Assembly (NCBI RefSeq): GCF_016026235.1
Contig: NZ_CP065613.1
Strand: one strand, 5' to 3'
Length of the DNA: 64,000 bases
From: Escherichia coli
Lineage (GTDB): Bacteria; Pseudomonadota; Gammaproteobacteria; Enterobacterales; Enterobacteriaceae
A program made the position numbers and the translations under genes. The notes under the pieces were generated by a model. The model saw nothing but the letters and a program-made list of their open reading frames with translations, ran no database searches and was not told the origin of the DNA. Shown here piece by piece: positions 1 to 10,633 of this stretch (its first letter is position 1; each line of letters opens with the position of its first letter).

Positions 1-1141
1 CAATACCATTTGCCGACAGCGGCGGCTGGATATATGGCCCACGGCTGAACGACGACATCGGCAGATCAAAGAACGGTGCTAACGGACGCAGAATCGACTC
101 CAGCGGGACAAACTCGCCAAACGGCACCAGATGGTTTTTGTTATAACGATCGGCTGATTCGTAGCTGTACGGTGCACCTTTACCCAGCGTGATAATGGTG
201 TTGTAGGTATCGTAGCGGTTCTGCTTATTGAGGCGCGCGTCGACAATCCCGGTTACCAGCGTACTCCCTTTATCGCGCAACTCACCGTCCAGTGCTTTGA
301 GGAACGGTTGCTGATTAATTTCCAGATCGGTTATCGCCGACTCCGGCCAGATAATCAACGATGATTTGCCCATCAGCGGTGCCGTTGCATTGTAGTAAAT
401 CTTCAGCGTATTAAGAAGCTGGCCTTCGTCCCATTTCAGCGATTGCGGAATATCGCCCTGAACCATCGAAACCTGAATGGTTTTCTCCGGTTGCGGGGTA
501 AACCATTGGATGTAACGCAGCGGGAAGGGTAGGGCAAACAGCACGACGGCCACTACCAGCGGACGCCAGTTGCGTTTGACCAACGCCAGTGCCAGCAGGC
601 CACTAACCATCATCAGCAGGAAGTTAATGGCTTCCACGCCCATTATCGGTGCCAGCCCTTTTAACGGGCCGTCAATCTGGCTATAGCCGAACTGTAACCA
701 CGGGAAGCCTGTCAGTACCCAACCGCGCAGAAACTCGGTCACTTGCCAGAGAGCAGGAGCGGCAATCGCCACGCGCAGCCAGGTGGTTTTCGGCCACAGG
801 CGCGACAGCACGCCAGCAAACAGTCCGGTATACAGCGACAAATACGCCGCCAGCAGTACCACCAGGAAGATGTTAACCGGGCCAGGCATTCCGCCAAAGG
901 TCGCGATGCTGACATAGACCCAGTTAATACCGCTGCCAAAGAGGCCAAATCCCCAGCAAAAGCCAATAGCGGCAGACTGGAGTGGACGGCGATTAAAGGT
1001 CAGCGCCTGAAGCCCCATCAGCGAAATAATCGCCGCAGGCCAGACATCGTAAGGAGAGAAGGCCAGCGTTCCGCAGGCACCGAATAATAACGCCAGCAGC
1101 AGGCGAATGCGCTGGCGTTCAATTAATGAGGCAAAAGCCAT
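1..1141 (-). CDS. lnt: Apolipoprotein N-acyltransferase Lnt, 5' portion only (3' end lies beyond window start)
   Basis: Minus-strand ATG at 1141-1139; translation begins [34 protein letters not shown], matching the Lnt N-terminus; open frame runs to position 1; position in the miaB-ybeZ-ybeY-corC-lnt cluster. Confidence 0.85.
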   Translation of the reverse strand, partial: MAFASLIERQRIRLLLALLFGACGTLAFSPYDVWPAAIISLMGLQALTFNRRPLQSAAIGFCWGFGLFGSGINWVYVSIATFGGMPGPVNIFLVVLLAAYLSLYTGLFAGVLSRLWPKTTWLRVAIAAPALWQVTEFLRGWVLTGFPWLQFGYSQIDGPLKGLAPIMGVEAINFLLMMVSGLLALALVKRNWRPLVVAVVLFALPFPLRYIQWFTPQPEKTIQVSMVQGDIPQSLKWDEGQLLNTLKIYYNATAPLMGKSSLIIWPESAITDLEINQQPFLKALDGELRDKGSTLVTGIVDARLNKQNRYDTYNTIITLGKGAPYSYESADRYNKNHLVPFGEFVPLESILRPLAPFFDLPMSSFSRGPYIQPPLSANGI

Positions 1142-1165
1142 GTAGTTATCTATCCAGTTTCGGTT

Positions 1166-2044
1166 TTATTCATCCAGCTTCGGCTGGGGTGAGTCATCCG
1201 GGATTTTGACATGAACCTGAATAATACGCCGACTGTCGGCCATCGCCACTTTGAACTGGTAACCGTCGATGTCGATGGTTTCGCCACGTGCCGGAAGATG
1301 CCCAAATGCCTGCATCACCAGACCACCGATAGTGTCGACTTCTTCATCGCTAAAGTGGGTGCCGAACGCTTCGTTGAAGTCTTCAATGGAAGCCAGTGCG
1401 CGCACGGTCCAGGTATGACGACTCAGCTGACGGAAGTCGATATCATCTTCTTCGTCATATTCGTCTTCAATCTCACCAACAATCAGTTCCAGGATGTCTT
1501 CAATGGTTACCAGACCGGAAACCCCACCGAATTCGTCAATAACGATCGCCATGTGGTAACGCTGAGAGCGAAACTCTTTCAGCATCCGGTCTACGCGCTT
1601 ACTTTCAGGAACGACAACCGCCTGACGTAACACTTTGTCCATGCTGAAGGCTTCAGCATCGCTGCGCATAAACGGCAGCAAGTCTTTCGCCATCAGAATC
1701 CCTTCAATGTGATCTTTGTCTTCGCTAATCACCGGGAAACGTGAGTGGGCGGACTCGATGATGACATCAAGGCATTCGTCCAGCGTCTGGTTGCGTTTCA
1801 GGGTAATCATCTGGGAGCGGGGGATCATGATGTCGCGAACGCGTTGGTCTGCGATGTCCATCACCCCTTCGAGCATATCGCGCGTATCTTCGTCGATAAG
1901 GTCGTTCTGCCCGGAATCACGGATCAGCGCCAGCAGTTCGTCACGGTTTTTCGGTTCACCGTGGAAAAGTTGGCTGAGTAACAGGGAGAAAAATCCCTTC
2001 TTGTTGCTTATCGTGTCACTACTGTGTGAATTGTCGTCGCTCAT
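1166..2044 (-). CDS. corC: Mg2+/Co2+ efflux protein CorC (YbeX), CBS-domain protein, 292 aa
   Basis: Complete [19 protein letters not shown]...; recognised sequence and length; synteny. Confidence 0.95.
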   Translation of the reverse strand: MSDDNSHSSDTISNKKGFFSLLLSQLFHGEPKNRDELLALIRDSGQNDLIDEDTRDMLEGVMDIADQRVRDIMIPRSQMITLKRNQTLDECLDVIIESAHSRFPVISEDKDHIEGILMAKDLLPFMRSDAEAFSMDKVLRQAVVVPESKRVDRMLKEFRSQRYHMAIVIDEFGGVSGLVTIEDILELIVGEIEDEYDEEDDIDFRQLSRHTWTVRALASIEDFNEAFGTHFSDEEVDTIGGLVMQAFGHLPARGETIDIDGYQFKVAMADSRRIIQVHVKIPDDSPQPKLDE

Positions 2045-2133
2045 GGCGTCGTATGGGTTCTCATGTTAGTTAATCAAAACGCCGTCGTTAATCACCAACG
2101 GCGGGGACGTCTGCCAGTCAAATGCCTGGCAAA

Positions 2134-2601
2134 TTATTCTTTCTCGGCAATGTACGGATCCTCATAGCCCAGAGCAAGCATAATCTCTGTTTCGAGGGCT
2201 TCCATTTCTTCTGCTTCGTCATCTTCGATGTGATCGTAACCTAACAAATGCAGACTGCCGTGCACCACCATATGCGCCCAGTGCGCCTCCAGTGGTTTGC
2301 CTTGCTCCTGTGCTTCCTTCTCAACCACCTGACGGCAGATAACCAGATCGCCCAGTAGCGACATCTCCATGCCGGGCGGCACTTCAAACGGGAAGGAGAG
2401 CACGTTGGTCGGCTTATCCTTACCGCGATAGGTCAGATTGAGACTGTGGCTTTCGGCGGTATCGACCACGCGAATCGTCACTTCCGACTCTTCCTGAAAC
2501 TGCGGGATCACCGCATTCAGCCATGTTTGAAACTGGCTCTCTTCCGGCAATCCGGAGTTATCTTCACATGCCAGTTGTAAATCGAGGATCACCTGACTCA
2601 T
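2134..2601 (-). CDS. ybeY: Endoribonuclease YbeY (rRNA maturation factor), 155 aa
   Basis: ORF with metal-binding motif [11 protein letters not shown]; 4-bp overlap with ybeZ stop. Confidence 0.95.
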
Positions 2602-3677
2602 TTTTGTTCCTGTTCTTCGCGCTTGCGTTCTGCCGCCAGCGCCGCTTTACGTTTTTGTTCGGCTTCTTCCCAGGCTTCATAGGCGTTAACGATACGCGCC
2701 ACCACCGGGTGACGAACCACGTCTTCGCTGTGGAAGAAGTTAAAGCTGATCTCTTCGACATCGGCCAGCACTTCGATGGCATGACGTAAGCCTGATTTAG
2801 TATTACGCGGCAGGTCGATCTGTGTGACGTCACCGGTGATAACCGCTTTTGAGTTAAAACCGATACGGGTCAGGAACATCTTCATCTGTTCGATGGTGGT
2901 GTTCTGGCTCTCATCGAGAATGATAAAGGCGTCATTCAGCGTACGACCACGCATATAGGCCAGCGGCGCGACTTCAATAACGTTGCGCTCAATCAGTTTC
3001 TCGACTTTCTCAAAGCCCAGCATTTCAAACAGCGCGTCGTACAGTGGGCGCAGATACGGGTCTACTTTCTGGCTTAAATCGCCAGGCAGGAAGCCCAGTT
3101 TCTCACCGGCTTCTACTGCCGGACGAGTCAGCAGAATACGGCGAATTTCCTGACGCTCCAGGGCATCAACTGCTGCAGCCACTGCCAGGTAGGTTTTACC
3201 CGTACCCGCCGGGCCAACGCCGAAGGTAATGTCATGGTCGAGAATATTGGCGATGTACTGCGCCTGGTTTGGCGTGCGCGGCTTAATTACGCCGCGTTTG
3301 GTTTTGATATTGACCGCTTTGCCGTACTCCGGCACGCTCTCCGCGCTTTGCTCCAGTACCCTTGCTTCTTTAATCGCAAGGTGGATCTGTTCCGGTTCGA
3401 TATCCTGAATCTGACCGCGCATCGGGGCAGTATCGACATACAGGCTACGCAGAATGTCTGCCGCAGCGGTGACGCAAATCGGACGGCCGGTCAGTTTAAA
3501 GTGGTTATCGCGGCGATTGATCTCGATGCCGAGACGGCGTTCGAGCTGCTTGATGTTGTCATCAAACGGGCCGCACAGGCTCAACAGACGCGCATTGTCT
3601 GCTGGCTCCAGGGTGATTTCGCGAGTGTCTATGTTCAAACCGTTCCTCTTATCTGTATGCCGCCGGAAGCTGAACAT
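2598..3677 (-). CDS. ybeZ: PhoH-like ATPase YbeZ
   Basis: Walker A GPAGTGKT in the ORF; synteny between miaB and ybeY; exact start codon uncertain (ORF maximum given). Confidence 0.9.
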
Positions 3678-3790
3678 TCACCGGCCTATAAGGAAATTAT
3701 TCACGCCACAGGAAAAAGGCGCAAGCATTGCGATAAAGATGGGGATAAAGAGAGAAAAAACAAGGCCCACCGGAACGGCAGGCCTGAGAA

Positions 3791-5215
3791 TTACGGCTGA
3801 TAATAACCCACACCAAGGTCGTTTTCTTTGCGAGTACGGGCAATCACCGATTCCGGTGTTTCTGCCACGCGCAGACCCATTTCATCTTCAGTACGCACCA
3901 CTTTACCGCGCAGAGAGTTCGGGTAGACGTCGGTAATTTCTACATCGACGAATTTACCGATCATATCCGGTGTGCCCTCGAAGTTGACCACGCGGTTATT
4001 TTCGGTACGCCCGGAAAGCTCCATGATGCTCTTACGCGAAGTCCCTTCTACCAGAATACGCTGGGTGGTGCCGAGCATCCGGCGGCTCCATGCCATCGCT
4101 TGCTGATTGATACGTTCTTGCAGAATATACAGACGTTGCTTCTTCTCTTCTTCCGGAACATCATCAACCATATCGGCGGCTGGTGTACCCGGACGTGCAG
4201 AGAAGATAAAGCTGTAGCTCATGTCGAAATTGACGTCGGCAATCAGCTTCATCGTTTTCTCGAAGTCTTCGGTGGTTTCGCCAGGGAAGCCAACGATGAA
4301 ATCAGAACTGATCTGAATATCTGGACGCGCCGCACGCAGTTTACGGATGATCGCTTTGTACTCCAGCGCCGTATGGGTACGTCCCATCAGGTTCAGAATG
4401 CGATCGGAACCGCTCTGTACCGGCAGATGCAGGAAGCTCACCAGCTCCGGCGTGTCGCGATACACTTCGATGATATCGTCGGTGAATTCGATCGGATGGC
4501 TGGTGGTAAAGCGAATACGATCGATCCCGTCGATCGCAGCAACCAGACGCAACAGATCGGCAAACGATCCGGTGGTGCCGTCGTAGTTCTCACCACGCCA
4601 GGCATTCACATTCTGACCGAGCAGGTTGACTTCACGCACGCCCTGAGCCGCAAGCTGGGCGATCTCAAACAGAATATCGTCGGACGGACGGCTTACCTCT
4701 TCACCACGGGTGTAAGGCACCACGCAGTAGGTGCAATATTTATTGCAGCCTTCCATGATGGAGACAAACGCGGTCGGCCCTTCGGCGCGCGGTTCCGGTA
4801 GACGGTCAAACTTCTCGATTTCGGGGAAGCTGATATCTACAACCGGGCTGCGGTCGCCGCGCACGGAGTTGATCATCTCCGGCAGACGGTGCAGCGTTTG
4901 CGGCCCAAAAATAATATCGACATAGTGGGCGCGCTGGCGAATGTGCTCGCCTTCTTGCGATGCCACGCAGCCACCGACGCCGATAATCAGGTCTGGATTC
5001 TTCTCTTTTAACAGTTTCCAGCGACCCAACTGATGGAAGACTTTTTCCTGAGCCTTCTCGCGGATTGAGCAGGTGTTCAGCAGCAGCACATCCGCTTCTT
5101 CCGCCACGTCGGTCAGTTGATAGCCGTGGGTGGCATCCAGCAGATCGGCCATCTTCGATGAATCGTACTCGTTCATCTGACAGCCCCAGGTTTTAATATG
5201 GAGTTTTTTGGTCAT
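3791..5215 (-). CDS. miaB: tRNA i6A37 methylthiotransferase MiaB (radical SAM), 474 aa
   Basis: [22 protein letters not shown]...; radical-SAM cysteine motif CNKYCTYC; expected length. Confidence 0.95.
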
Positions 5216-5360
5216 CGACTTGCTCTTGCGAAATAGTAGCCAGGAATGCAGGGCGCATAGTGTAATGCTTTGCTGCCGTTGTGACCAGTATGAGCGTTAT
5301 CAGCCCTTGGGGGTAAAAATCCTGTAAACTTAAAGCATATTGCTAACAGGATGATTGACC

Positions 5361-6536
5361 ATGACAAATCAACCAACGGAAATTGCCATTGTCGGCGGAG
5401 GAATGGTCGGCGGCGCACTGGCGCTGGGGCTGGCACAGCACGGATTTACGGTAACGGTGATCGAGCACGCAGAACCTGCACCGTTTGTCGCTGATAGCCA
5501 ACCGGACGTGCGGATCTCGGCGATCAGCGCGGCTTCGGTATCATTGCTTAAAGGGTTAGGGGTCTGGGATGCAGTACAGGCTATGCGTTGCCATCCTTAC
5601 CGCAGACTGGAAACGTGGGAGTGGGAAACGGCGCATGTGGTATTTGACGCTGCTGAACTTAAGCTACCGCTGCTTGGCTATATGGTGGAAAACACCGTCC
5701 TGCAACAGGCATTGTGGCAGGCGCTGGAAGCGCATCCGAAAGTAACGTTACGTGTGCCAGGCTCGCTGATTGCATTACATCGAGATAATGATCTTCAGGA
5801 GCTGGAACTGAAGGGCGGTGAAACGATCCGCGCGAAACTGGTGATTGGTGCCGACGGCGCAAATTCTCAGGTGCGGCAGATGGCGGGAATTGGCGTTCAT
5901 GCCTGGCAGTATGCGCAGTCGTGCATGTTGATTAGCGTACAGTGTGAGAACGATCCCGGCGACAGCACCTGGCAGCAATTTACCCCGGACGGACCGCGTG
6001 CGTTTCTGCCGTTGTTTGATAACTGGGCATCGCTGGTGTGGTATGACTCTCCGGCGCGTATTCGCCAGTTGCAGAATATGAATATGGCGCAACTCCAGGC
6101 GGAAATCGCGAAGCATTTCCCGTCGCGTCTGGGTTACGTTACACCGCTTGCCGCTGGTGCGTTTCCGCTGACGCGCCGACATGCGTTGCAGTATGTGCAG
6201 CCGGGGCTTGCGCTGGTGGGCGATGCCGCGCATACCATCCATCCGCTGGCGGGGCAGGGGGTGAATCTTGGTTATCGTGATGTCGATGCCCTGATTGATG
6301 TTCTGGTGAATGCCCGCAACTACGGTGAAGCGTGGGCCAGTTATCCTGTCCTCAAGCGTTACCAGATGCGGCGCATGGCGGATAACTTCATTATGCAAAG
6401 TGGTATGGATCTGTTTTATGCCGGATTCAGTAATAATCTGCCGCCGCTGCGTTTTGTGCGTAATCTCGGGTTAATGGCGGCAGAGCGTGCTGGCGTGTTG
6501 AAACGTCAGGCGCTGAAATATGCGTTAGGGTTGTAG
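5361..6536 (+). CDS. ubiF: Ubiquinone biosynthesis FAD-dependent hydroxylase UbiF, 391 aa
   Basis: FAD-binding fingerprint IAIVGGGMVGGALALGL; ATG at 5361 preceded by AGGA; the ORF table started 2 codons earlier at TTG. Confidence 0.93.
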   Translation: MTNQPTEIAIVGGGMVGGALALGLAQHGFTVTVIEHAEPAPFVADSQPDVRISAISAASVSLLKGLGVWDAVQAMRCHPYRRLETWEWETAHVVFDAAELKLPLLGYMVENTVLQQALWQALEAHPKVTLRVPGSLIALHRDNDLQELELKGGETIRAKLVIGADGANSQVRQMAGIGVHAWQYAQSCMLISVQCENDPGDSTWQQFTPDGPRAFLPLFDNWASLVWYDSPARIRQLQNMNMAQLQAEIAKHFPSRLGYVTPLAAGAFPLTRRHALQYVQPGLALVGDAAHTIHPLAGQGVNLGYRDVDALIDVLVNARNYGEAWASYPVLKRYQMRRMADNFIMQSGMDLFYAGFSNNLPPLRFVRNLGLMAAERAGVLKRQALKYALGL

Positions 6537-6544
6537 CCTTACAA

Positions 6545-6640
6545 CATTGCCGGATGCGTGCCAACCGTAGGTCAGATAAGACGCGGCAGCGTCGCATCCG
6601 ACATTGAAGGATAAGACGTGTCAACATCGCATTCGACATT
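6545..6640. repeat. REP (repetitive extragenic palindromic) element cluster
   Basis: REP-like palindromes gccggatgcg... / gtaggtcagataagacgcggcagcgtcgcatccgac between ubiF and the tRNA operon. Confidence 0.7.
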
Positions 6641-6649
6641 GAATGAACG

Positions 6650-6688
6650 CAGAAAAGCAAAAAGCTCGCCGAAGCGAGCTTTTTTAAT
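6650..6688. terminator. Bidirectional intrinsic terminator (ubiF on plus; tRNA operon on minus)
   Basis: Hairpin aaagctcgc-cgaa-gcgagcttt followed by TTTTT on plus and preceded by an A-run (T-run on minus). Confidence 0.7.
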
Positions 6689-6689
6689 G

Positions 6690-6764
6690 TGGCTGGGGTA
6701 CGAGGATTCGAACCTCGGAATGCCGGAATCAGAATCCGGTGCCTTACCGCTTGGCGATACCCCA
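6690..6764 (-). tRNA. glnX: tRNA-Gln (anticodon CUG), 75 nt including CCA
   Basis: Reverse complement matches the E. coli tRNA-Gln2 sequence as recalled: UGGGGUAUCGCCAAGCGGUAAGGCACCGGAUUCUGAUUCCGG...CCA; anticodon loop AUUCUGAUU. Confidence 0.97.
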
Positions 6765-6801
6765 ACTGGGTGCACTTACGATGTAAGCGTCTTGAATAAA
6801 T

Positions 6802-6876
6802 TGGCTGGGGTACGAGGATTCGAACCTCGGAATGCCGGAATCAGAATCCGGTGCCTTACCGCTTGGCGATACCCCA
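6802..6876 (-). tRNA. glnV: tRNA-Gln (anticodon CUG, wild-type, i.e. not the supE CUA allele)
   Basis: Identical in sequence to the copy at 6690-6764; anticodon CUG. Confidence 0.97.
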
Positions 6877-6924
6877 ACAAATTGGTTTTTGAATTTGCCG
6901 AACGTATTCGACACATTCAGAATG

Positions 6925-7001
6925 TGGTGGCTACGACGGGATTCGAACCTGTGACCCCATCATTATGAGTGATGTGCTCTAACCAACTGAGCTACGTAGC
7001 C
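6925..7001 (-). tRNA. metU: Elongator tRNA-Met (anticodon CAU), 77 nt
   Basis: Reverse complement GGCUACGUAGCUCAGUUGGUUAGAGCACAUCACUCAUAAUGAUGGGGUCACAGGUUCGAAUCCCGUCGUAGCCACCA. Confidence 0.97.
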
Positions 7002-7016
7002 AGATTGTTTCTTCGA

Positions 7017-7091
7017 TGGCTGGGGTACCTGGATTCGAACCAGGGAATGCCGGTATCAAAAACCGGTGCCTTACCGCTTGGCGATACCCCA
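7017..7091 (-). tRNA. glnW: tRNA-Gln (anticodon UUG)
   Basis: Reverse complement gives a tRNA-Gln1-type sequence with anticodon loop UUUUGAU; CCA encoded. Confidence 0.97.
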
Positions 7092-7125
7092 ATAACCGGG
7101 CGGTGAACCGCTTACTCGAAGAAGA

Positions 7126-7200
7126 TGGCTGGGGTACCTGGATTCGAACCAGGGAATGCCGGTATCAAAAACCGGTGCCTTACCGCTTGGCGATACCCCA
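7126..7200 (-). tRNA. glnU: tRNA-Gln (anticodon UUG)
   Basis: Identical to the copy at 7017-7091. Confidence 0.97.
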
Positions 7201-7223
7201 TCCGTACAACGCTTTCTGGTGAA

Positions 7224-7308
7224 TGGTGCGGGAGGCGAGACTTGAACTCGCACACCTTGCGGCGCCAGAACCTAAATCTGGTGCGTCTACCAATTTCGCC
7301 ACTCCCGC
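7224..7308 (-). tRNA. leuW: tRNA-Leu (anticodon UAG), 85 nt with long variable arm
   Basis: Reverse complement GCGGGAGUGGCGAAAUUGGUAGACGCACCAGAUUUAGGUUCUGGCGCCGCAAGGUGUGCGAGUUCAAGUCUCGCCUCCCGCACCA. Confidence 0.96.
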
Positions 7309-7316
7309 AAAAAAGA

Positions 7317-7393
7317 TGGTGGCTACGACGGGATTCGAACCTGTGACCCCATCATTATGAGTGATGTGCTCTAACCAACTGAGCTACGTAGCC
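7317..7393 (-). tRNA. metT: Elongator tRNA-Met (anticodon CAU)
   Basis: Identical to the copy at 6925-7001; first gene of the minus-strand tRNA operon. Confidence 0.97.
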
Positions 7394-7733
7394 ATCTTTT
7401 TTTCGCGATACCTTATCGGCGTTGCGGGGCGCATTATGCGTATAGAGCCTTGCAGCGTCAACCTCTTTTTCAAGGAAAATTGCTCGAAAGTGACTGTTTG
7501 GTTAGGTTGCGAACAGCGTGGCGCTATATTCGTCAATTATTGTTTACTTTGTGTTTTTTCCCCACCCTACAGCCATTCTTCTGTCGTACAGGATGAAATT
7601 CGGAATTCAACAATAGTGGTGGGAAATTAATCTATGAAATACTGGCCTACAGTGATGAGTTGTCAAACAGTGATGTGGCAAACCCGGAACATTTCCTTAC
7701 TGCATATCAGAATTAACAAGCACCTCAATAACT

Positions 7734-7766
7734 GAAACAGCCCCGGATTTCACCGGGGCTGTTTCG
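7734..7766 (-). terminator. Intrinsic terminator downstream of asnB
   Basis: GC-rich hairpin cagccccgg...ccggggctg immediately after the asnB stop on the minus strand, followed by a short U-run. Confidence 0.6.
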
Positions 7767-7772
7767 CATTTC

Positions 7773-9437
7773 TTACTTATACGCCGACTGGTGAACGCCA
7801 ACCGCACGACCAGACGGATCGTCCATTTTCTTGAACGCCTCATCCCACTCAATCGCTTTAGCGGAAGAACACGCGACGGAAGGACCGCCCGGTACGCACT
7901 CAGCAGCGCTCGGAAGTGGGAACAGTTCTTCAAAGATCTCCCGGTACAGATACGCTTCTTTGGACGTCGGCGTGTTGTACGGGAAGCGGAAGCGGGCAGT
8001 TTCCAGCTGTTGATCAGAAACCTGCTGCGCCGCCACTTCTTTCAGGGTGTCGATCCAACTGTAACCGACGCCATCGGAGAACTGCTCTTTCTGCCGCCAG
8101 GCCACGCTTGCAGGCAGATACGCTTCAAAACATTCACGCAGGATGTGTTTTTCCATCTTGCCGTTACCGCACATTTTATCCTGCGGGTTAATGCGCATCG
8201 CCACGTCGAGGAATTTCTTGTCGAGGAACGGAACGCGTGCTTCCACGCCCCAGGCTGACATCGCTTTGTTGGCACGCGCGCAGTCATACATATGCAGGGC
8301 CAGCAGTTTACGCACCGTCTCTTCATGCAGTTCTTTGGCATTCGGTGCTTTGTGGAAGTAAAGATAACCGCCGAACACTTCATCAGAACCTTCACCGGAC
8401 AGCACCATTTTAATGCCCATCGCTTTGATCTTACGCGACATTAAATACATCGGTGTTGAAGCGCGAATAGTGGTCACATCATAGGTTTCGATGTGGTAAA
8501 TCACGTCGCGGATGGCGTCCAGACCTTCCTGTACAGTGAAGTGAATTTCATGATGCACAGTGCCCAGATGGTTTGCCACTTCCTGGGCTGCTTTCAGATC
8601 CGGTGAACCCGGCAGACCTACAGCAAAGGAGTGTAACTGCGGCCACCAGGCTTCAGAGCGTTCCTGATCTTCCACGCGACGGGCGGCGTATTTCTTGGTG
8701 ATAGCGGAAATAATTGAGGAATCCAGACCACCAGAAAGCAGCACACCGTAAGGCACATCAGACATCAGATGGCTTTTAACGGAATCTTCCAGAGCCTGAC
8801 GCAGCTCGTTTTTGTCGGTCACGTTATCTTTCACTGCATCAAAGTCGAACCAGTCGCGATGATAATAAGAACGGATTTCGCCGTCCTGGCTCCACAAATA
8901 GCTCCCCGCCGGGAACTCTTTAATCGTGCGGCAAACTGGCACCAGCGATTTCATTTCTGAGGCCACATACAGCTGACCGTGTTCGTCATAGCCCATATAC
9001 AGTGGGATGATCCCCAGATGGTCGCGACCAATCAGGTAGGCATCTTTTTCGCTGTCGTACAGGGCAAAGGCAAACATGCCCTGCAAGTCGTCGAGAAATT
9101 CCGGCCCTTTTTCCTGATACAGCGCGAGGATCACTTCACAGTCAGACCCTGTCTGGAACTGATAACGATCGCCATATTCAGCGCGCAATGCCTGGTGGTT
9201 GTAGATTTCACCGTTTACCGCCAGTACGTGGGTTTTTTGTTGGTTGTAGAGAGGTTGCGCCCCCGCGTTAACGTCAACAATTGACAGACGTTCGTGAGCG
9301 AGAATGGCGTTATCGCTGGCATAAATACCGGACCAGTCCGGGCCACGATGACGCATCAGGCGTGACAGCTCGAGTGCTTTCTTACGCAGCTCAACTGCGT
9401 CTGTTTTGATATCGAATACGCCAAAAATTGAACACAT
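7773..9437 (-). CDS. asnB: Asparagine synthetase B (glutamine-hydrolysing), 554 aa
   Basis: Protein begins MCSIFGVFDIKTD (N-terminal Cys nucleophile after Met); ATG at 9437; the ORF-table N-extension of 27 aa is rejected. Confidence 0.95.
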   Translation of the reverse strand: MCSIFGVFDIKTDAVELRKKALELSRLMRHRGPDWSGIYASDNAILAHERLSIVDVNAGAQPLYNQQKTHVLAVNGEIYNHQALRAEYGDRYQFQTGSDCEVILALYQEKGPEFLDDLQGMFAFALYDSEKDAYLIGRDHLGIIPLYMGYDEHGQLYVASEMKSLVPVCRTIKEFPAGSYLWSQDGEIRSYYHRDWFDFDAVKDNVTDKNELRQALEDSVKSHLMSDVPYGVLLSGGLDSSIISAITKKYAARRVEDQERSEAWWPQLHSFAVGLPGSPDLKAAQEVANHLGTVHHEIHFTVQEGLDAIRDVIYHIETYDVTTIRASTPMYLMSRKIKAMGIKMVLSGEGSDEVFGGYLYFHKAPNAKELHEETVRKLLALHMYDCARANKAMSAWGVEARVPFLDKKFLDVAMRINPQDKMCGNGKMEKHILRECFEAYLPASVAWRQKEQFSDGVGYSWIDTLKEVAAQQVSDQQLETARFRFPYNTPTSKEAYLYREIFEELFPLPSAAECVPGGPSVACSSAKAIEWDEAFKKMDDPSGRAVGVHQSAYK

Positions 9438-9682
9438 AACCTTCTCCGTTAACCTGGTATTTGTTGCTTGTTGTGTTTGCTTGTTTAAAAAAATGCCGCA
9501 AAGCAGCACTGTGCGCAAGCGATTTGGCGGTGAAAAAATAAAAAACGTAATGGTGATTGTCGATTGGTGAAAAAGGGTCTGGTGTGAGGATGTATTTATT
9601 GATGAATCGATAATTTTTAGCGGGTTTTATTGAATGGTTATATTTTACGGGGGCCAAATTGCTGATAAAGTGCGATTTGTTC

Positions 9683-9795
9683 ATGCCGGATGCGGCGTGA
9701 ACGCCTTATCCGGCCTACAAAAGCATGAAAATTCAATATATTGCAGGAGCTGCGTAGGCCTGATAAGCGTAGCGCATCAGGCAGTTTGGCGTTTG
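9683..9795. repeat. BIME/RIP element: two inverted REPs flanking an IHF-like core
   Basis: gccggatgcggcgtgaacgccttatccggcctac ... aattcaatatattgcag ... gtaggcctgataagcgtagcgcatcaggc. Confidence 0.8.
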
Positions 9796-9833
9796 TCATC
9801 AGAGCCAACCACGTCCGCAGACGTGGGTGGTAT

Positions 9834-10586
9834 TCAGATAACGTCGATTTCAGCGACTGACGGGTAAATCCAGCTTGGGCGGAACGGCATACTGTCGATA
9901 TCGTCGAGCGATGAAACACCAGAAAGCACCAGAATCGTCTCCAGACCTGCCTGGAAGCCGGCCAGAATATCGGTACGCAGGTTATCGCCGACAATCACCG
10001 TTTCTTCCGAATGTGCCTGCATTTTGTTTAATGCCGCGCGGATAATCCACGGACTCGGCTTACCAACATAGAACGGTTTGCGCCCGGAGATTTTCTCAAT
10101 CCCTGCACACAACGCGCCACAGGCCGGATAAAAACCGCGCCCGTGAGTATCCGGGTTGGTGGCGATAAAGCGTGCACCGTTAGCGACGAAATAGGCCGCT
10201 TTATGCATCATGTCCCAGTTGTAGGAACGCGTTTCGCCAACAATCACAAAATCAGGGTTCACATCGGTAATAGTGAAACCGGCTTTGTACAGTTCATGAA
10301 TCAGTGCGCCTTCGCCCACCACATATGCTTTCTTGCCTTCCTGGCGACGCAGGAAATCGGCGGTCGCCATCGCAGAGGTATAAAACACGCTATCCGGCAC
10401 ATCGACACCGGCAGTGGCAAAGCGGTTCGCCAGATCTTGCCCGGTCTGCGAAGGATAGTTGGTCAGCAACACCAGCGGCAGGCCTTTATCCATAATCCCG
10501 TGCAAAAATTCCGCTGCACCCAGTACGGCGACGTTATCGTGCATCAGCACGCCGTCGATATCGCAAATTACATTTTTAATGGTCAT
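9834..10586 (-). CDS. umpH: UMP phosphatase UmpH (NagD), HAD superfamily, 250 aa
   Basis: ORF MTIKNVICDIDGVLMHDN... with HAD motif DxDGV; last gene of the nag operon. Confidence 0.95.
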   Translation of the reverse strand: MTIKNVICDIDGVLMHDNVAVLGAAEFLHGIMDKGLPLVLLTNYPSQTGQDLANRFATAGVDVPDSVFYTSAMATADFLRRQEGKKAYVVGEGALIHELYKAGFTITDVNPDFVIVGETRSYNWDMMHKAAYFVANGARFIATNPDTHGRGFYPACGALCAGIEKISGRKPFYVGKPSPWIIRAALNKMQAHSEETVIVGDNLRTDILAGFQAGLETILVLSGVSSLDDIDSMPFRPSWIYPSVAEIDVI

Positions 10587-10633
10587 GGACTACCCAGAAT
10601 ATTGACAACAATAAGCGCCACTATAAAAGCACA

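Noticed and set aside
4100-4801. 233-aa plus-strand ORF antisense to miaB
   Set aside because: Inside miaB on the opposite strand; no motif.
6618-7346. ORFs of 60-116 aa on both strands within the tRNA cluster (for example 6618-6968, 7016-7222, 7125-7346)
   Set aside because: They are translations of tRNA genes and the near-identical spacers between them (repeated peptide GVPGFEPGNAGIKNRCLTAWRYP), not proteins.
7773-9518. Longer N-terminal extensions in the ORF table for asnB (581 aa), fldA (215), seqA (226), pgm (563), kdpA (605), kdpD (905), kdpC (198), sdhC (134), sdhA (592), ybfE (120) and ybgA (192)
   Set aside because: Internal start codons give the expected protein N-termini and lengths; the extensions run into upstream genes, terminators or promoters.
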